A stretch of 64,000 nt of DNA from assembly GCF_000007005.1 (NCBI RefSeq), contig NC_002754.1; one strand, written 5' to 3'. The stretch's first letter is position 1. Each line of letters opens with the position of its first letter. This stretch comes from Saccharolobus solfataricus P2 (GTDB lineage Archaea > Thermoproteota > Thermoprotei_A > Sulfolobales > Sulfolobaceae). Shown piece after piece: positions 41,043-50,238 of this stretch. The position numbers and the translations under genes are program-made. The notes below the pieces were generated by a model that was not told the DNA's origin, did no database searches, and saw nothing but the letters and a program-made list of their open reading frames with translations.

Positions 41043-42044
41043 TTGAGTGAGGAAAAAATAGCAAGGGATATAGAGACTAGAAAAGTCCAGAAACTAGGTT
41101 CTTCATCATTATTTATCACACTCCCGAAAAAATGGATAAATAAATGGAGCATAAAGCCAGGCGATAAGGTAATTCTTGAGGCCTTAGATGACGGTAGCTT
41201 AAGGTTAATAGCAGAAAAGGCTAAGACTAATGCGGGGAGGAAGACAATATTAGTCGATGTAGACTCACTAAAACAACCACTAATTAATATAATCCCTTGT
41301 CTATATATTTTGGGATTCGATGAAATAGTTTTCGAAACTAAGAAAGATTTCAATAAAAAAGATTTCGAAGAAGTTCTCTACATCTCTAAACATCTAGTTG
41401 GAGCGGAGGTTGTTGAGAGTTCAGAGAAAAAAATCAAATTGGAGTGCTTACTAGATACAGAGAAAGTCGGAGTTGAATCCTTACTGAGACGTATATTAAA
41501 TATCATTTCAAAGAGAATTGATGAATTATCTAAGTTTTTAACTAATTCTCATACAATTCATCAAAGTGGTATATCTAATAGTGATGATTTAAGGAAAATA
41601 TATCTGATGTTACTTAGGAGAATAATAGGAAATAAGTATCAGTCCAGTAGTACGGAATATTATAGAAATTCGCTTATTTTACTTAATATATCTATTTTGA
41701 TAAATATAGATTATATAGTATCAAAAATTTATCAGATTAAAGACAACTTTGAGGTTAGTCCGAGCCAGACGGATATGTTAAAATCGATCTTCACTAGCAT
41801 AAATGATGTATTGGATGAAATCGTGATGAGCGCTCTATTCCCTAGTGTAAAAAGAATATCAAATGGATTCAATCTAATATTGCAAATAAAGCAAAATTTA
41901 TTGAAAATTAAGGATTCTTTGCCTAACTCATTTAATTTGTATTTAGAAGATTTAGTAAATCTATTAGAAAATGCTCTAAATAATTCCATGTGTGGAATTT
42001 TCTTAGAGGACTTACCTTGGATAGAAAAAGATTTAACAGCATAA
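41043..42044 (+). CDS. AbrB/PhoU-domain transcriptional regulator
   Basis: RKVQKLGSSSLFITLPKKW AbrB N-terminus followed by helical PhoU-like repeats. Confidence 0.88.
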   Translation: MSEEKIARDIETRKVQKLGSSSLFITLPKKWINKWSIKPGDKVILEALDDGSLRLIAEKAKTNAGRKTILVDVDSLKQPLINIIPCLYILGFDEIVFETKKDFNKKDFEEVLYISKHLVGAEVVESSEKKIKLECLLDTEKVGVESLLRRILNIISKRIDELSKFLTNSHTIHQSGISNSDDLRKIYLMLLRRIIGNKYQSSSTEYYRNSLILLNISILINIDYIVSKIYQIKDNFEVSPSQTDMLKSIFTSINDVLDEIVMSALFPSVKRISNGFNLILQIKQNLLKIKDSLPNSFNLYLEDLVNLLENALNNSMCGIFLEDLPWIEKDLTA

Positions 42045-42060
42045 AAGGAGAGGATAGAGT

Positions 42061-42808
42061 ATGGTAACATTAAAAATAGAAGATTTACATGTAGAAGTTG
42101 AAGGCAAAGAAATACTTAGGGGTATAAATCTCGAAGTTAGGAGCGGAGAAATACATGCATTAATGGGTCCGAATGGGAGCGGTAAGACTTCATTGTCCTT
42201 AGCAATAATGGGGCATCCCAAATATAAGATTACAAAGGGAAGGATAGTATTGGATGGCGAGGATATAACTAATTTAGAACCTCATGAGAAAGCAAAAAAG
42301 GGTATTTTCTTAGCCTTTCAAAACCCTATAGAAATAGCGGGGGTTAGATTATCAACACTCTTGGTTGCGGAATATAATAAGGTAAGCGATAGTAGCGCTT
42401 CAGTAATGGAGGTAATATCAAAAGTTAAAAATATTAGCAAAGAAGTTGGAATAGCAGATTCTCTGTTAAATAGAGGAGTATTTGAAGGCTTTAGTTGGAG
42501 GCGAAAAGAAGAGAGTAGAGATCTTACAAATGCTTCTATTAAAGCCTAAGATCGCTATTTTAGATGAGCCAGATTCAGGTGTTGACGTTGATGGACTTAG
42601 AATGATTTCGTATTTTATAAATAAACTTAGAAATGAATTAAATGTAGGCTATTTAATAATAACCCATTATAGAAGAATTTTAGATCATATAAGTGCAGAT
42701 AAAGTTCACGTATTATATAAGGGGAAGATCATAGCAGAAGGAGGAATGGAACTAGCCAAATTAATCGATGAAAAAGGATATGAAGCGGTTCTAGAGAGGA
42801 ATTCATAA
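42061..42808 (+). pseudogene. sufC: SufC ABC ATPase split by a 1-nt insertion at about 42496 (authentic frameshift or sequence error)
   Basis: Walker A GPNGSGKT in frame 1. The signature reads TTT AGT T GGA GGC GAA, and removing one T restores FSGGEKKRVE...ILDEPDSG (248 aa). Confidence 0.92.
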
Positions 42809-42820
42809 GTTAATTTTTTA

Positions 42821-42860
42821 TTAAAGATAGACTTATATTCATCTTTAACAGAGTTAAAGA
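42821..42860. promoter_or_regulatory. Three interlocking inverted-repeat arms between sufC and sufB
   Basis: TTAAAGAT 42821-28 pairs with ATCTTTAA 42841-48; TCTTTAAC 42842-49 pairs with GTTAAAGA 42853-60. Confidence 0.55.
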
Positions 42861-42873
42861 ATAGGTTATAAGT

Positions 42874-44313
42874 ATGCAAGAAGATAAAATATCATTAGAT
42901 CTACATGAGATAATAAACGCTACCATAGATGCCAAGTACAATAAGCTTAATCAGCTAGAATTTCACAGAAGAATAGTAGAATCCGGACTAAGTAGATCTA
43001 CAATTGAGGAAATTTCTAGAATAAAAAAAGAACCAGAATGGATGTTAAAATTAAGATTAAAGGGCTTAGAATTATTTGAAAAATTACCCACACCAAATTG
43101 GTTACCAGATGTTTTATCGAGTTTAGACATTTCAGCGTTAGAACTTTACGTTAAACCTGGTGTTGATAAAGCCCAAAGCTGGGAAGAACTACCACCAGAA
43201 ATAAGAAAATATTACGATGAGTTAGGTATACCTGAAAGTGAGAAAAAGTTCCTAGGAGGTCTCGTGGCAGTATTAGAGTCAGAACCAATCTATTCTAATG
43301 TTAAAATTGAGCTAATGAAAAAAGGAGTAGTAATGCTTCCAATAGATGAGGCTGTGAGCAAATATCCAGATCTTATGAAGGAGTACTTTATGAAAATATT
43401 TCCAGCCTCTGATCACAAATTTGCGGCTTTACATGGTGCATTATGGAGTGGAGGCGTATTTGTCTACGTTCCGAAGAATGTAAAGATAACAACACCAGTT
43501 GAAGGATTCTTCGTAATAGGATCAGAGCTTGAAGGACAATTTGAGCACACTCTATTAATAGCCGATGAGGGATCATATATTCACTTTATTGAGGGCTGTA
43601 CAGCGCCACAACTCAAAAAGTACTCATTCCATGATGGTATGGTAGAATTATACGCCAAAAAGAACGCTTACATAAAGTTCACTACAATACAGAACTGGAG
43701 CAAAAACGTGATTAATTTCAATAATAAGAGAGCATGGGCTGATGAAAATTCAACCGTGGAATGGGTTGAAGGATCATTAGGTTCTAAGTACAGCTTTGTG
43801 TACCCATCAACTATCCTTAGAGGAAAGAACGCTTCATCAACAAGCTTAGTGGTCACAATGACTAGTGGAGAAGGGGAGTGGAAAGATAGTGGTTCAAAAA
43901 TGATTCACGCAGCACCTTATACTAAGAGCAAAGTAGTAAACAAAAACATAGGTTTTAACGGCGGTGTGAATGTTTATAGAGGATTAGTTAAAGTGAATAA
44001 AGGAGCAGTAGGTTCTAAGGCATTTGTGAAATGTGATTCCCTAATGCTCGATGACAAAACTAAGGCCTATACATATCCACACAATCAAGTATTGGAAGAA
44101 GATGCAGATGTAGGGCATGAAGCCCACACATTCAGAATGAACGAGGATCAGCTCTTCTATCTAATGACAAGGGGTATAGACGAGAAAGAGGCCACCTCAA
44201 TGCTAGTATTAGGGTTCATAGACGAAATCATGAAAGAGCTACCATTTGAGTACGCTACCATGCTAAATAAGGTTATAAAGTTGGAATTAGATAAGCTAGG
44301 TGCAGTGGCTTAA
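42874..44313 (+). CDS. sufB: Fe-S cluster assembly scaffold SufB
   Basis: ALHGALWSGG, GQFEHTL, IEGCTAP, CDSL, HEA, GFIDE. Confidence 0.96.
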   Translation: MQEDKISLDLHEIINATIDAKYNKLNQLEFHRRIVESGLSRSTIEEISRIKKEPEWMLKLRLKGLELFEKLPTPNWLPDVLSSLDISALELYVKPGVDKAQSWEELPPEIRKYYDELGIPESEKKFLGGLVAVLESEPIYSNVKIELMKKGVVMLPIDEAVSKYPDLMKEYFMKIFPASDHKFAALHGALWSGGVFVYVPKNVKITTPVEGFFVIGSELEGQFEHTLLIADEGSYIHFIEGCTAPQLKKYSFHDGMVELYAKKNAYIKFTTIQNWSKNVINFNNKRAWADENSTVEWVEGSLGSKYSFVYPSTILRGKNASSTSLVVTMTSGEGEWKDSGSKMIHAAPYTKSKVVNKNIGFNGGVNVYRGLVKVNKGAVGSKAFVKCDSLMLDDKTKAYTYPHNQVLEEDADVGHEAHTFRMNEDQLFYLMTRGIDEKEATSMLVLGFIDEIMKELPFEYATMLNKVIKLELDKLGAVA

Positions 44314-45469
44314 GTTGGGAGTAGTCGATATACAGTTAGCAAAAAAAGTAATTAATGAAAATTTTACACAAGATAAAGGAGAGAGGGAAAAAGCATTTTC
44401 CTTGTACCTTTCTAAGCCATACCAACTAATACATGATTCGCCAACTATCAAACATTATACTGAATGGGACTTGTACGACTCCCTAAATCTTACTAATATT
44501 TCTAGACAAGAAGTAAAATATAACGATACCGCAAATGTAATTGAAATTATAGACGATACTATAAAAATTCCTAAAAATGATATACAAATAGATGACTTAT
44601 TAAACGATAGTATTATTAGTAGTGATGAGCATAAATTAGTCTCACTTGCCTATTCTTTATCTAGAAGGATAACAATAAACAATGAGGGAGAGTATTATGT
44701 TAAGCATGTCCTTAATAAAGACAAGTATTTTTCTCCTTCGCATCTAATAATTAACGTACCTAACGATAAGCAAATTAAGGTGGTTTATGAAGTCCTAAAC
44801 CTTAGCGAAAGTTCCTTAATAACACCTATTATATCTGTTAATATAGAAGATAACTCTAGTTTAGATTTCCAATTTGTGAACTTCTCTAGCGATAACAGTC
44901 TCCTTTTCTCGTACATTAAGGCTAACATAAAGGGTACGATGCACTCATCTATATTTGTAAACGGTAATAAGATGGGTCATGTTCAATTTAGTACTAGATT
45001 AGAGGAGAGTAGCGTAAGTGAATTTTCGTCAAGAGCTTTTGGAACGCATAGCAATAAGATAGATGTAGTTAATAATGTAATTCATCTAGGCCAGAAGAGT
45101 GTAAGTAATGGCTTTATGAAGGCAATCTCTAACGATCAAGCGTTTACTGTGGTGAGGGGTGTTGCAACTATAGATGAGACTGCGATCAATTCTTCCACGT
45201 CTATTATTGGTAGATCATTAGTCTTAGGAAAAGACGCTAAAGCAGTAGTTTCTCCCATGCTTGAAGTAAAGACTGGTAGGGTAGTTATGGCTAAACATTC
45301 AGCTGCAGTAAGTAAAATAGATGAAAATCAAATCTTCTATCTACAAACTAGAGGACTAAGTAGAAGAGAAGCAGAAGGGATTATAATAAGGGGTTTTATA
45401 ATTGAAGAGCAGGATCCAGAAACACTTAAGGATAGGATAGAGGAAATACTAAAGTCTTTAGGATATTAG
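44300..45469 (+). CDS. sufD: SufD (start uncertain; TTG 44315 possible)
   Basis: beta-helix repeats, SPMLEV, AKHSAAV, FYLQTRGL. Confidence 0.9.
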   Translation: MQWLKLGVVDIQLAKKVINENFTQDKGEREKAFSLYLSKPYQLIHDSPTIKHYTEWDLYDSLNLTNISRQEVKYNDTANVIEIIDDTIKIPKNDIQIDDLLNDSIISSDEHKLVSLAYSLSRRITINNEGEYYVKHVLNKDKYFSPSHLIINVPNDKQIKVVYEVLNLSESSLITPIISVNIEDNSSLDFQFVNFSSDNSLLFSYIKANIKGTMHSSIFVNGNKMGHVQFSTRLEESSVSEFSSRAFGTHSNKIDVVNNVIHLGQKSVSNGFMKAISNDQAFTVVRGVATIDETAINSSTSIIGRSLVLGKDAKAVVSPMLEVKTGRVVMAKHSAAVSKIDENQIFYLQTRGLSRREAEGIIIRGFIIEEQDPETLKDRIEEILKSLGY

Positions 45470-45676
45470 TTTCGCTCAACTCCCTCTCTATTTGCTTATA
45501 ATAGAAATTTTCCTATAATATACTACTTAACCGATTTATAAAAGAGGAAAGTTGGTTAGAGTAATCACTTTTAAAGCAGAGGAGGAGCTTTTGATAAAAC
45601 TGGATCTCTTTGCATTAAATAATAGAATGAGCAGAAGTGAAGTAATTAGAATGGCTATAGAAAAATATTTAGAAGA

Positions 45677-45767
<91 letters not shown>

Positions 45768-45936
45768 TTAAGAAAACTATCATAATAATAAGATTTAAAG
45801 CTTATTGCACTAAAAGGACGAGTAAGTTTTTCCTACTTCTTGTTTATTCTTCTTGTCTCTTCTATCTAGGCTAGATTATATGTTTCTTATCTAAAGTGGT
45901 AATAAACTTTTAAGTAGTGTACTATTATTTAAATAC

Positions 45937-46009
45937 AGCCGGGTAGTCTAGTGGTCAAGGATCCAGGGCTCTGGCCCCTGGGACCAGGGTTCGAATCCCT
46001 GCCCGGCTA
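45937..46009 (+). tRNA. tRNA-Gln(CUG), intronless, A1-U72
   Basis: AGCCGGG/CCCGGCT+A, anticodon loop CTCTGGC in stem CAGGG/CCCTG, TTCGAAT; TATA-like TTTTAAGT 45908-15. Confidence 0.96.
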
Positions 46010-46122
46010 CCTAGCTAGTAAATATATCGATTGTTGCTCAGAACAACTATAATTCAATTATTTTATAGTATCTTTTAGATTTTAATTTCTGAAAGCTAGA
46101 TATTATCTTTTTGAAACATGAT

Positions 46123-46137
46123 ATGGTAATACTCCTC
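46123..46137. promoter_or_regulatory. 15-bp element upstream of nrdJ, identical to 32711-32725 at cdvA; contains an AGTATTA box (minus strand)
   Basis: ATGGTAATACTCCTC at both positions. Confidence 0.55.
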
Positions 46138-46180
46138 TCTTTACAACATAAAGTTAAATTGATACAAGTCATAATAATTC

Positions 46181-48706
46181 TTGAAGGAAATGGAGCAGCT
46201 ATTATACTCTACATCTTTAAGAAAGATTAAAGTAATCAAACGAGACGGTAAGGTTGATGAGTTCAAATTAGAAAAGATACTATCTAAACTTTCTTCCGTC
46301 CCAGATGAGGTAACAGATGGCATAGTCAATGATGTACAAGCTAATGTAAAAGATAATGCTATAGATACTAGGGTAATTGCGGATATAGTTGAAAGAAACC
46401 TCATAGAGAACTCACTAAAGTATCCTTTCTTAATGGAATTAGCAAAACGATATGTCTTAGCTAGAATTTACAATCATGTTTTCGGTAAAGGGAAATGGAA
46501 AGATTTCGATGAGAAGGATTTGCTTCTCTCTTACAACGCATTAAAAGTATTGGAAGCTAGATACTTATTGAAAGATCCTAATACTTTGCGTTATATTGAG
46601 ACACCACAGATGTTATTCAGAAGAGTAGCTAGATTTCTCGCATCAGTTGAGAGAAAATATGGTAAATCTGAGGCTGAAGTTAAACAGCTAGAAGATAAGT
46701 TTTACGAAATGATAAGTGACTTGAAGTTTGTACCCAATTCGCCAACACTGATGAATAGTGAAACTAGACTAGGCATCTTATCAGCATGTTTTGTAATTCC
46801 AGTTAAAGACGCTATGACTACGCCAGAGGGAGATGGAATATATGACGCGTTAAGAGCTACTGCCCTTGTTCACCAACAAGGTGGAGGGACTGGTTTCGAT
46901 TTCTCAGAATTAAGACCTAAGGGAGACGTAGTAGCTTCAACTGCGGGTGTGGCGTCTGGTCCGGTTTCATTTATGAAAGTATTTGATGCCTCTACTGATG
47001 TTATAAAGCAAGGTGGAAAGAGAAGAGGAGCTAACATGGGAGTGATGCACGCATGGCACGCTGATATTGAAGATTTCATTCGTGCTAAGACTGGTCAGCT
47101 AAAAGATGTTCAGTTACAGAATTTCAATATTTCTGTAGGTGCTTATGACTACTTTATGGATGCTGTTGTGAAAGGCGAGAGTGTACCTTTAATTAACCCT
47201 AGAAAGACCAAGATAGCAGGGAGAGATCATGAATATTATATTACAAAGGCTAGGGGTTATATGAGTGAGGAGTGGATTCAAGAGGTCATACTATCAGAGT
47301 TAGAGGAAAAAGGTGGAGTAGTTTCTCTAGATGAGAGTAAGATTATTACGGTTGACGAAGCACTAGTAATAGCCTCAAAGGAGGGGGCTGTTGTCAAGTA
47401 TGTTAATGCAAAATCATTATTCGATGAAATAGTGAAGGGGGCATGGGATAGTGGTGACCCTGGCCTTCTCTTTATCGATACTATTAATAGGAGACATCCT
47501 GTTTGGTATTTAGGTAAGATTAATGCTACAAATCCATGTGGTGAAGAGCCACTATTACCTTGGGAGAGTTGTAATTTAGGCTCTATAAATCTAGAGAAAT
47601 TTGTTATAGAAAGAGATGGCAAAGCGGCGATAGATTGGGATGGATTAGCCGAAATTATTAGGTACGGGGTAAGGTTTCTGGATAACGTGATTGATGCTAA
47701 TCGTTATCCGTTAAAGCAAATTGAAGATGCAACCAAGAGAACTAGGAAAGTAGGTTTAGGTGTTATGGGACTAGCTAGAATGTTTATTAAATTAGGTATT
47801 GCTTATGATAGTGTAGACGCAATATACTTGTCATACCAATTAGCCAAGTTCATATTTTACCATGCGTATAAGGCATCTATTGAGATAGCTAAGGAGAAGG
47901 GTACATTTCCTACATATGATGCGAGGCTGTATAGGGATATTTGGGAGAGTGCATTGGACTTCGATTCATTGCTACAAACTGCTGAAATTAGTGATAAACC
48001 CTCAGATTACGTTAAAAAGTTAACTAGTGTGGTGGATAAGTTAGATTTTGATTTGCTAAAAGGTGAGAGATTAAAATATGGTTTAAGGAATTCCACTGTA
48101 GTTTCTATAGCCCCAACGGGTACTATCTCAATAATAGCTGGGACATCATCTTCAATAGAACCACTATTTGCATTAGCGTTTGTTAGAAATGTCGCAGTTG
48201 GGAAGTTCATCGAAATTGATCCGCTTTTCCTAGAATATCTAAGAAAATATGAGTTAGATGACCCAGAGGTTATTCAGAAAATAGCTGAAAGCGGGATAAT
48301 TGGGGATAACGTATTTATGCCAAGATCATTAAGGAAATTGTTTAGAACTGCTCATGAGGTTCCACCAATTTATCACGTCATGCATCAAGCAGCTTGGCAA
48401 CAGTGGAATGATTCCGGGACTTCCAAGACTATTAACTTAAGATCAGAGGAGCCACCGGAGACTGTAGAGAAGGTCTATTTATTAGCGTGGAAACTTGGAA
48501 TAAAAGGTATAACTGTCTATAGGGATAAGAGTAAGCAACAGCAAGTGATCTATTTCGGCGTTAAGAAAGAAAGGGAGGAATATGAGAAGAAAAAGGAAGA
48601 GGTGGAAAAGAAAACGCAATTACTTCCTTCTAGTTTAAGGATGGAGAAGAAATTTGTTGAAGTTTCAGAGACATATGCAGGTGGATGTAAGACGTGTGAA
48701 CTATAA
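46181..48706 (+). CDS. nrdJ: Class II (B12-dependent) ribonucleotide reductase with an N-terminal ATP cone
   Basis: VIKRDG ATP cone, [33 protein letters not shown]-terminal CKTC; no intein at TNPCGE. Confidence 0.96.
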   Translation: MKEMEQLLYSTSLRKIKVIKRDGKVDEFKLEKILSKLSSVPDEVTDGIVNDVQANVKDNAIDTRVIADIVERNLIENSLKYPFLMELAKRYVLARIYNHVFGKGKWKDFDEKDLLLSYNALKVLEARYLLKDPNTLRYIETPQMLFRRVARFLASVERKYGKSEAEVKQLEDKFYEMISDLKFVPNSPTLMNSETRLGILSACFVIPVKDAMTTPEGDGIYDALRATALVHQQGGGTGFDFSELRPKGDVVASTAGVASGPVSFMKVFDASTDVIKQGGKRRGANMGVMHAWHADIEDFIRAKTGQLKDVQLQNFNISVGAYDYFMDAVVKGESVPLINPRKTKIAGRDHEYYITKARGYMSEEWIQEVILSELEEKGGVVSLDESKIITVDEALVIASKEGAVVKYVNAKSLFDEIVKGAWDSGDPGLLFIDTINRRHPVWYLGKINATNPCGEEPLLPWESCNLGSINLEKFVIERDGKAAIDWDGLAEIIRYGVRFLDNVIDANRYPLKQIEDATKRTRKVGLGVMGLARMFIKLGIAYDSVDAIYLSYQLAKFIFYHAYKASIEIAKEKGTFPTYDARLYRDIWESALDFDSLLQTAEISDKPSDYVKKLTSVVDKLDFDLLKGERLKYGLRNSTVVSIAPTGTISIIAGTSSSIEPLFALAFVRNVAVGKFIEIDPLFLEYLRKYELDDPEVIQKIAESGIIGDNVFMPRSLRKLFRTAHEVPPIYHVMHQAAWQQWNDSGTSKTINLRSEEPPETVEKVYLLAWKLGIKGITVYRDKSKQQQVIYFGVKKEREEYEKKKEEVEKKTQLLPSSLRMEKKFVEVSETYAGGCKTCEL

Positions 48707-48760
48707 AAACATTTTTATTTATCTGTTTTTTATATTATATTGGACTGAAGTGTATTAACC

Positions 48761-49129
48761 ATGTCATTACAATTACCATGTGAATTTTCAGTAAGGGAGA
48801 TTTTACCAGCAGTTAGAAGTATAGTAGCTCAAAAATTAATAAAAGAGAGGAATTTATCTGAATATAAAGCAGCTAATTTAATGGGCTTAACACCGGCTGC
48901 TGTTTCAAATTATCTTAAGTCTAGAAGAGGTAGTAATTTAAGATCTCTTCTAGAGAAAGATGAAAAATTTATGGATCTTGTAAATGAGGTTACGGAAAGG
49001 ATTCTAAACTCAAATTCTAATCTTTCTGTGTATTATTGTATTTTGTGTTCTGAGGGTAAAAAAGTTCTTACAAAGCATGGGTATGCCCTAAGCCCATGTT
49101 TATATGAGACTATAGTTGAACCTAAATAG
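48761..49129 (+). CDS. HTH transcriptional regulator (ThiR N-terminal-like/COG2522 type)
   Basis: PCE...ILPAVRSIVA, HTH AANLMGLTPAAVSNYL. Confidence 0.8.
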   Translation: MSLQLPCEFSVREILPAVRSIVAQKLIKERNLSEYKAANLMGLTPAAVSNYLKSRRGSNLRSLLEKDEKFMDLVNEVTERILNSNSNLSVYYCILCSEGKKVLTKHGYALSPCLYETIVEPK

Positions 49130-50162
49130 CCTTTCTTTTAAGTAATAGATCTGGTAATTTTTTTATTTCTAATTCCAAATTAATAATCCCCCATCTTCTA
49201 ATTGGAATTTTAACTCTATCATATTCCGTTGTCAATGTATTATTCGGTTTTAATATTTTAGTTATTCTTGCCGAGATATATACTGTGGCTATAACCGGTT
49301 TATCGCTGAAATTTTCTAACACAATTTGCAGTATGTTGGTTTTCTCGTCAAACTTCATGTATAATGGAATTATAGAGGAAGGCTCTATTCGATATAATGA
49401 GAGAGGGAATTGCGGATTACACTCTATCTCTATTACATCGTTAGTCATATCCCATAATAATCTATGGAGTTTAGATTCAGTAAAAGTCCTCGTCTTCGAA
49501 ACTAAAATTTTTCCATTAGCTTCTACACTAATCTTTCCTAGCTCGAATTCTAAGTCCATAAGAGAATTGCTTACAAAGGAATACGCCTCTGTGAGTTCTA
49601 AACTTGCAGCAAATGTGTTACGTATTGGATTGTAACTGCTTTCTATGTAATAAGGATTCATATAGAAGAATTTGGGATTTACGAATCTTGTATTTATGCT
49701 TATTTGGTTTTCCGTTAGTTTTATATTTTCTAAACTAACATTTCTGCCATTCCCAATCTCACCCTCTTTTAATTCTATAATTCTATTTTGCATAAAGTAA
49801 TATCTTGGCCAAGGAGATATGTTAAAAAGGGAAATTCCTTCTTTACAAGGTATTAAATATTCTACCAGCTTTTTTAATGAGTCAGTGTCCAATCGGGTAA
49901 AGATCCAAGGAATTGAAACCTTGTGTAAGGGTGTTCTAATTATCAACTCCTCTTCATTTTCTGTCCCTTCAGTTAATATTGTAGATAGATCTGGACCAAG
50001 AATTTTTGCCTTATATTTCCATTTTACTCTCTTAACTCCGCCAATAGTTAATAATTGTGGTAGTTGTTCTATACTAAGCATGTCATCTTGTAGCTCTATA
50101 TTTTCACTAAGAGTTTTAAATGGATACTCAGCGGCTACCTTTATTATATCATCTAGCTTCAT
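49122..50162 (-). CDS. Hypothetical 346-aa protein downstream of gatE
   Basis: Long ORF with typical codon usage; no motif recognised with confidence. Confidence 0.85.
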   Translation of the reverse strand: MKLDDIIKVAAEYPFKTLSENIELQDDMLSIEQLPQLLTIGGVKRVKWKYKAKILGPDLSTILTEGTENEEELIIRTPLHKVSIPWIFTRLDTDSLKKLVEYLIPCKEGISLFNISPWPRYYFMQNRIIELKEGEIGNGRNVSLENIKLTENQISINTRFVNPKFFYMNPYYIESSYNPIRNTFAASLELTEAYSFVSNSLMDLEFELGKISVEANGKILVSKTRTFTESKLHRLLWDMTNDVIEIECNPQFPLSLYRIEPSSIIPLYMKFDEKTNILQIVLENFSDKPVIATVYISARITKILKPNNTLTTEYDRVKIPIRRWGIINLELEIKKLPDLLLKRKAI

Positions 50163-50238
50163 AAGTGGTCAAGCTCATCATTTAAATCCGACAAATGCCT
50201 TGTCTTCATCATTAATCTGCCCGAGGGTAATTCTTCAC
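50159..50238 (-). ncRNA. Box C/D sRNA locus with three C-guide-D modules; the last guide fits tRNA-Gln G18 (sR11-like)
   Basis: GTGAAGA-ATTACCCTCGGG-CAGA-tta-ATGATGA-AGACAAGGCATTTGT-CGGA-tttaa-ATGATGA-GCTTGACCACTT-ATGA; CTTGACCACT is the exact complement of AGTGGTCAAG at 45950-59. Confidence 0.85.

Noticed and set aside
46096-46137. Minus-strand GAGGAG followed by a 7-codon ORF (MFQKDNI) upstream of nrdJ
   Set aside because: SD-to-ATG spacing of 12 nt is long and there is no promoter evidence; treated as part of the shared DNA element instead
47520-47550. Possible intein at the RNR TNPCGE site
   Set aside because: Sequence is continuous ([11 protein letters not shown]); no insertion
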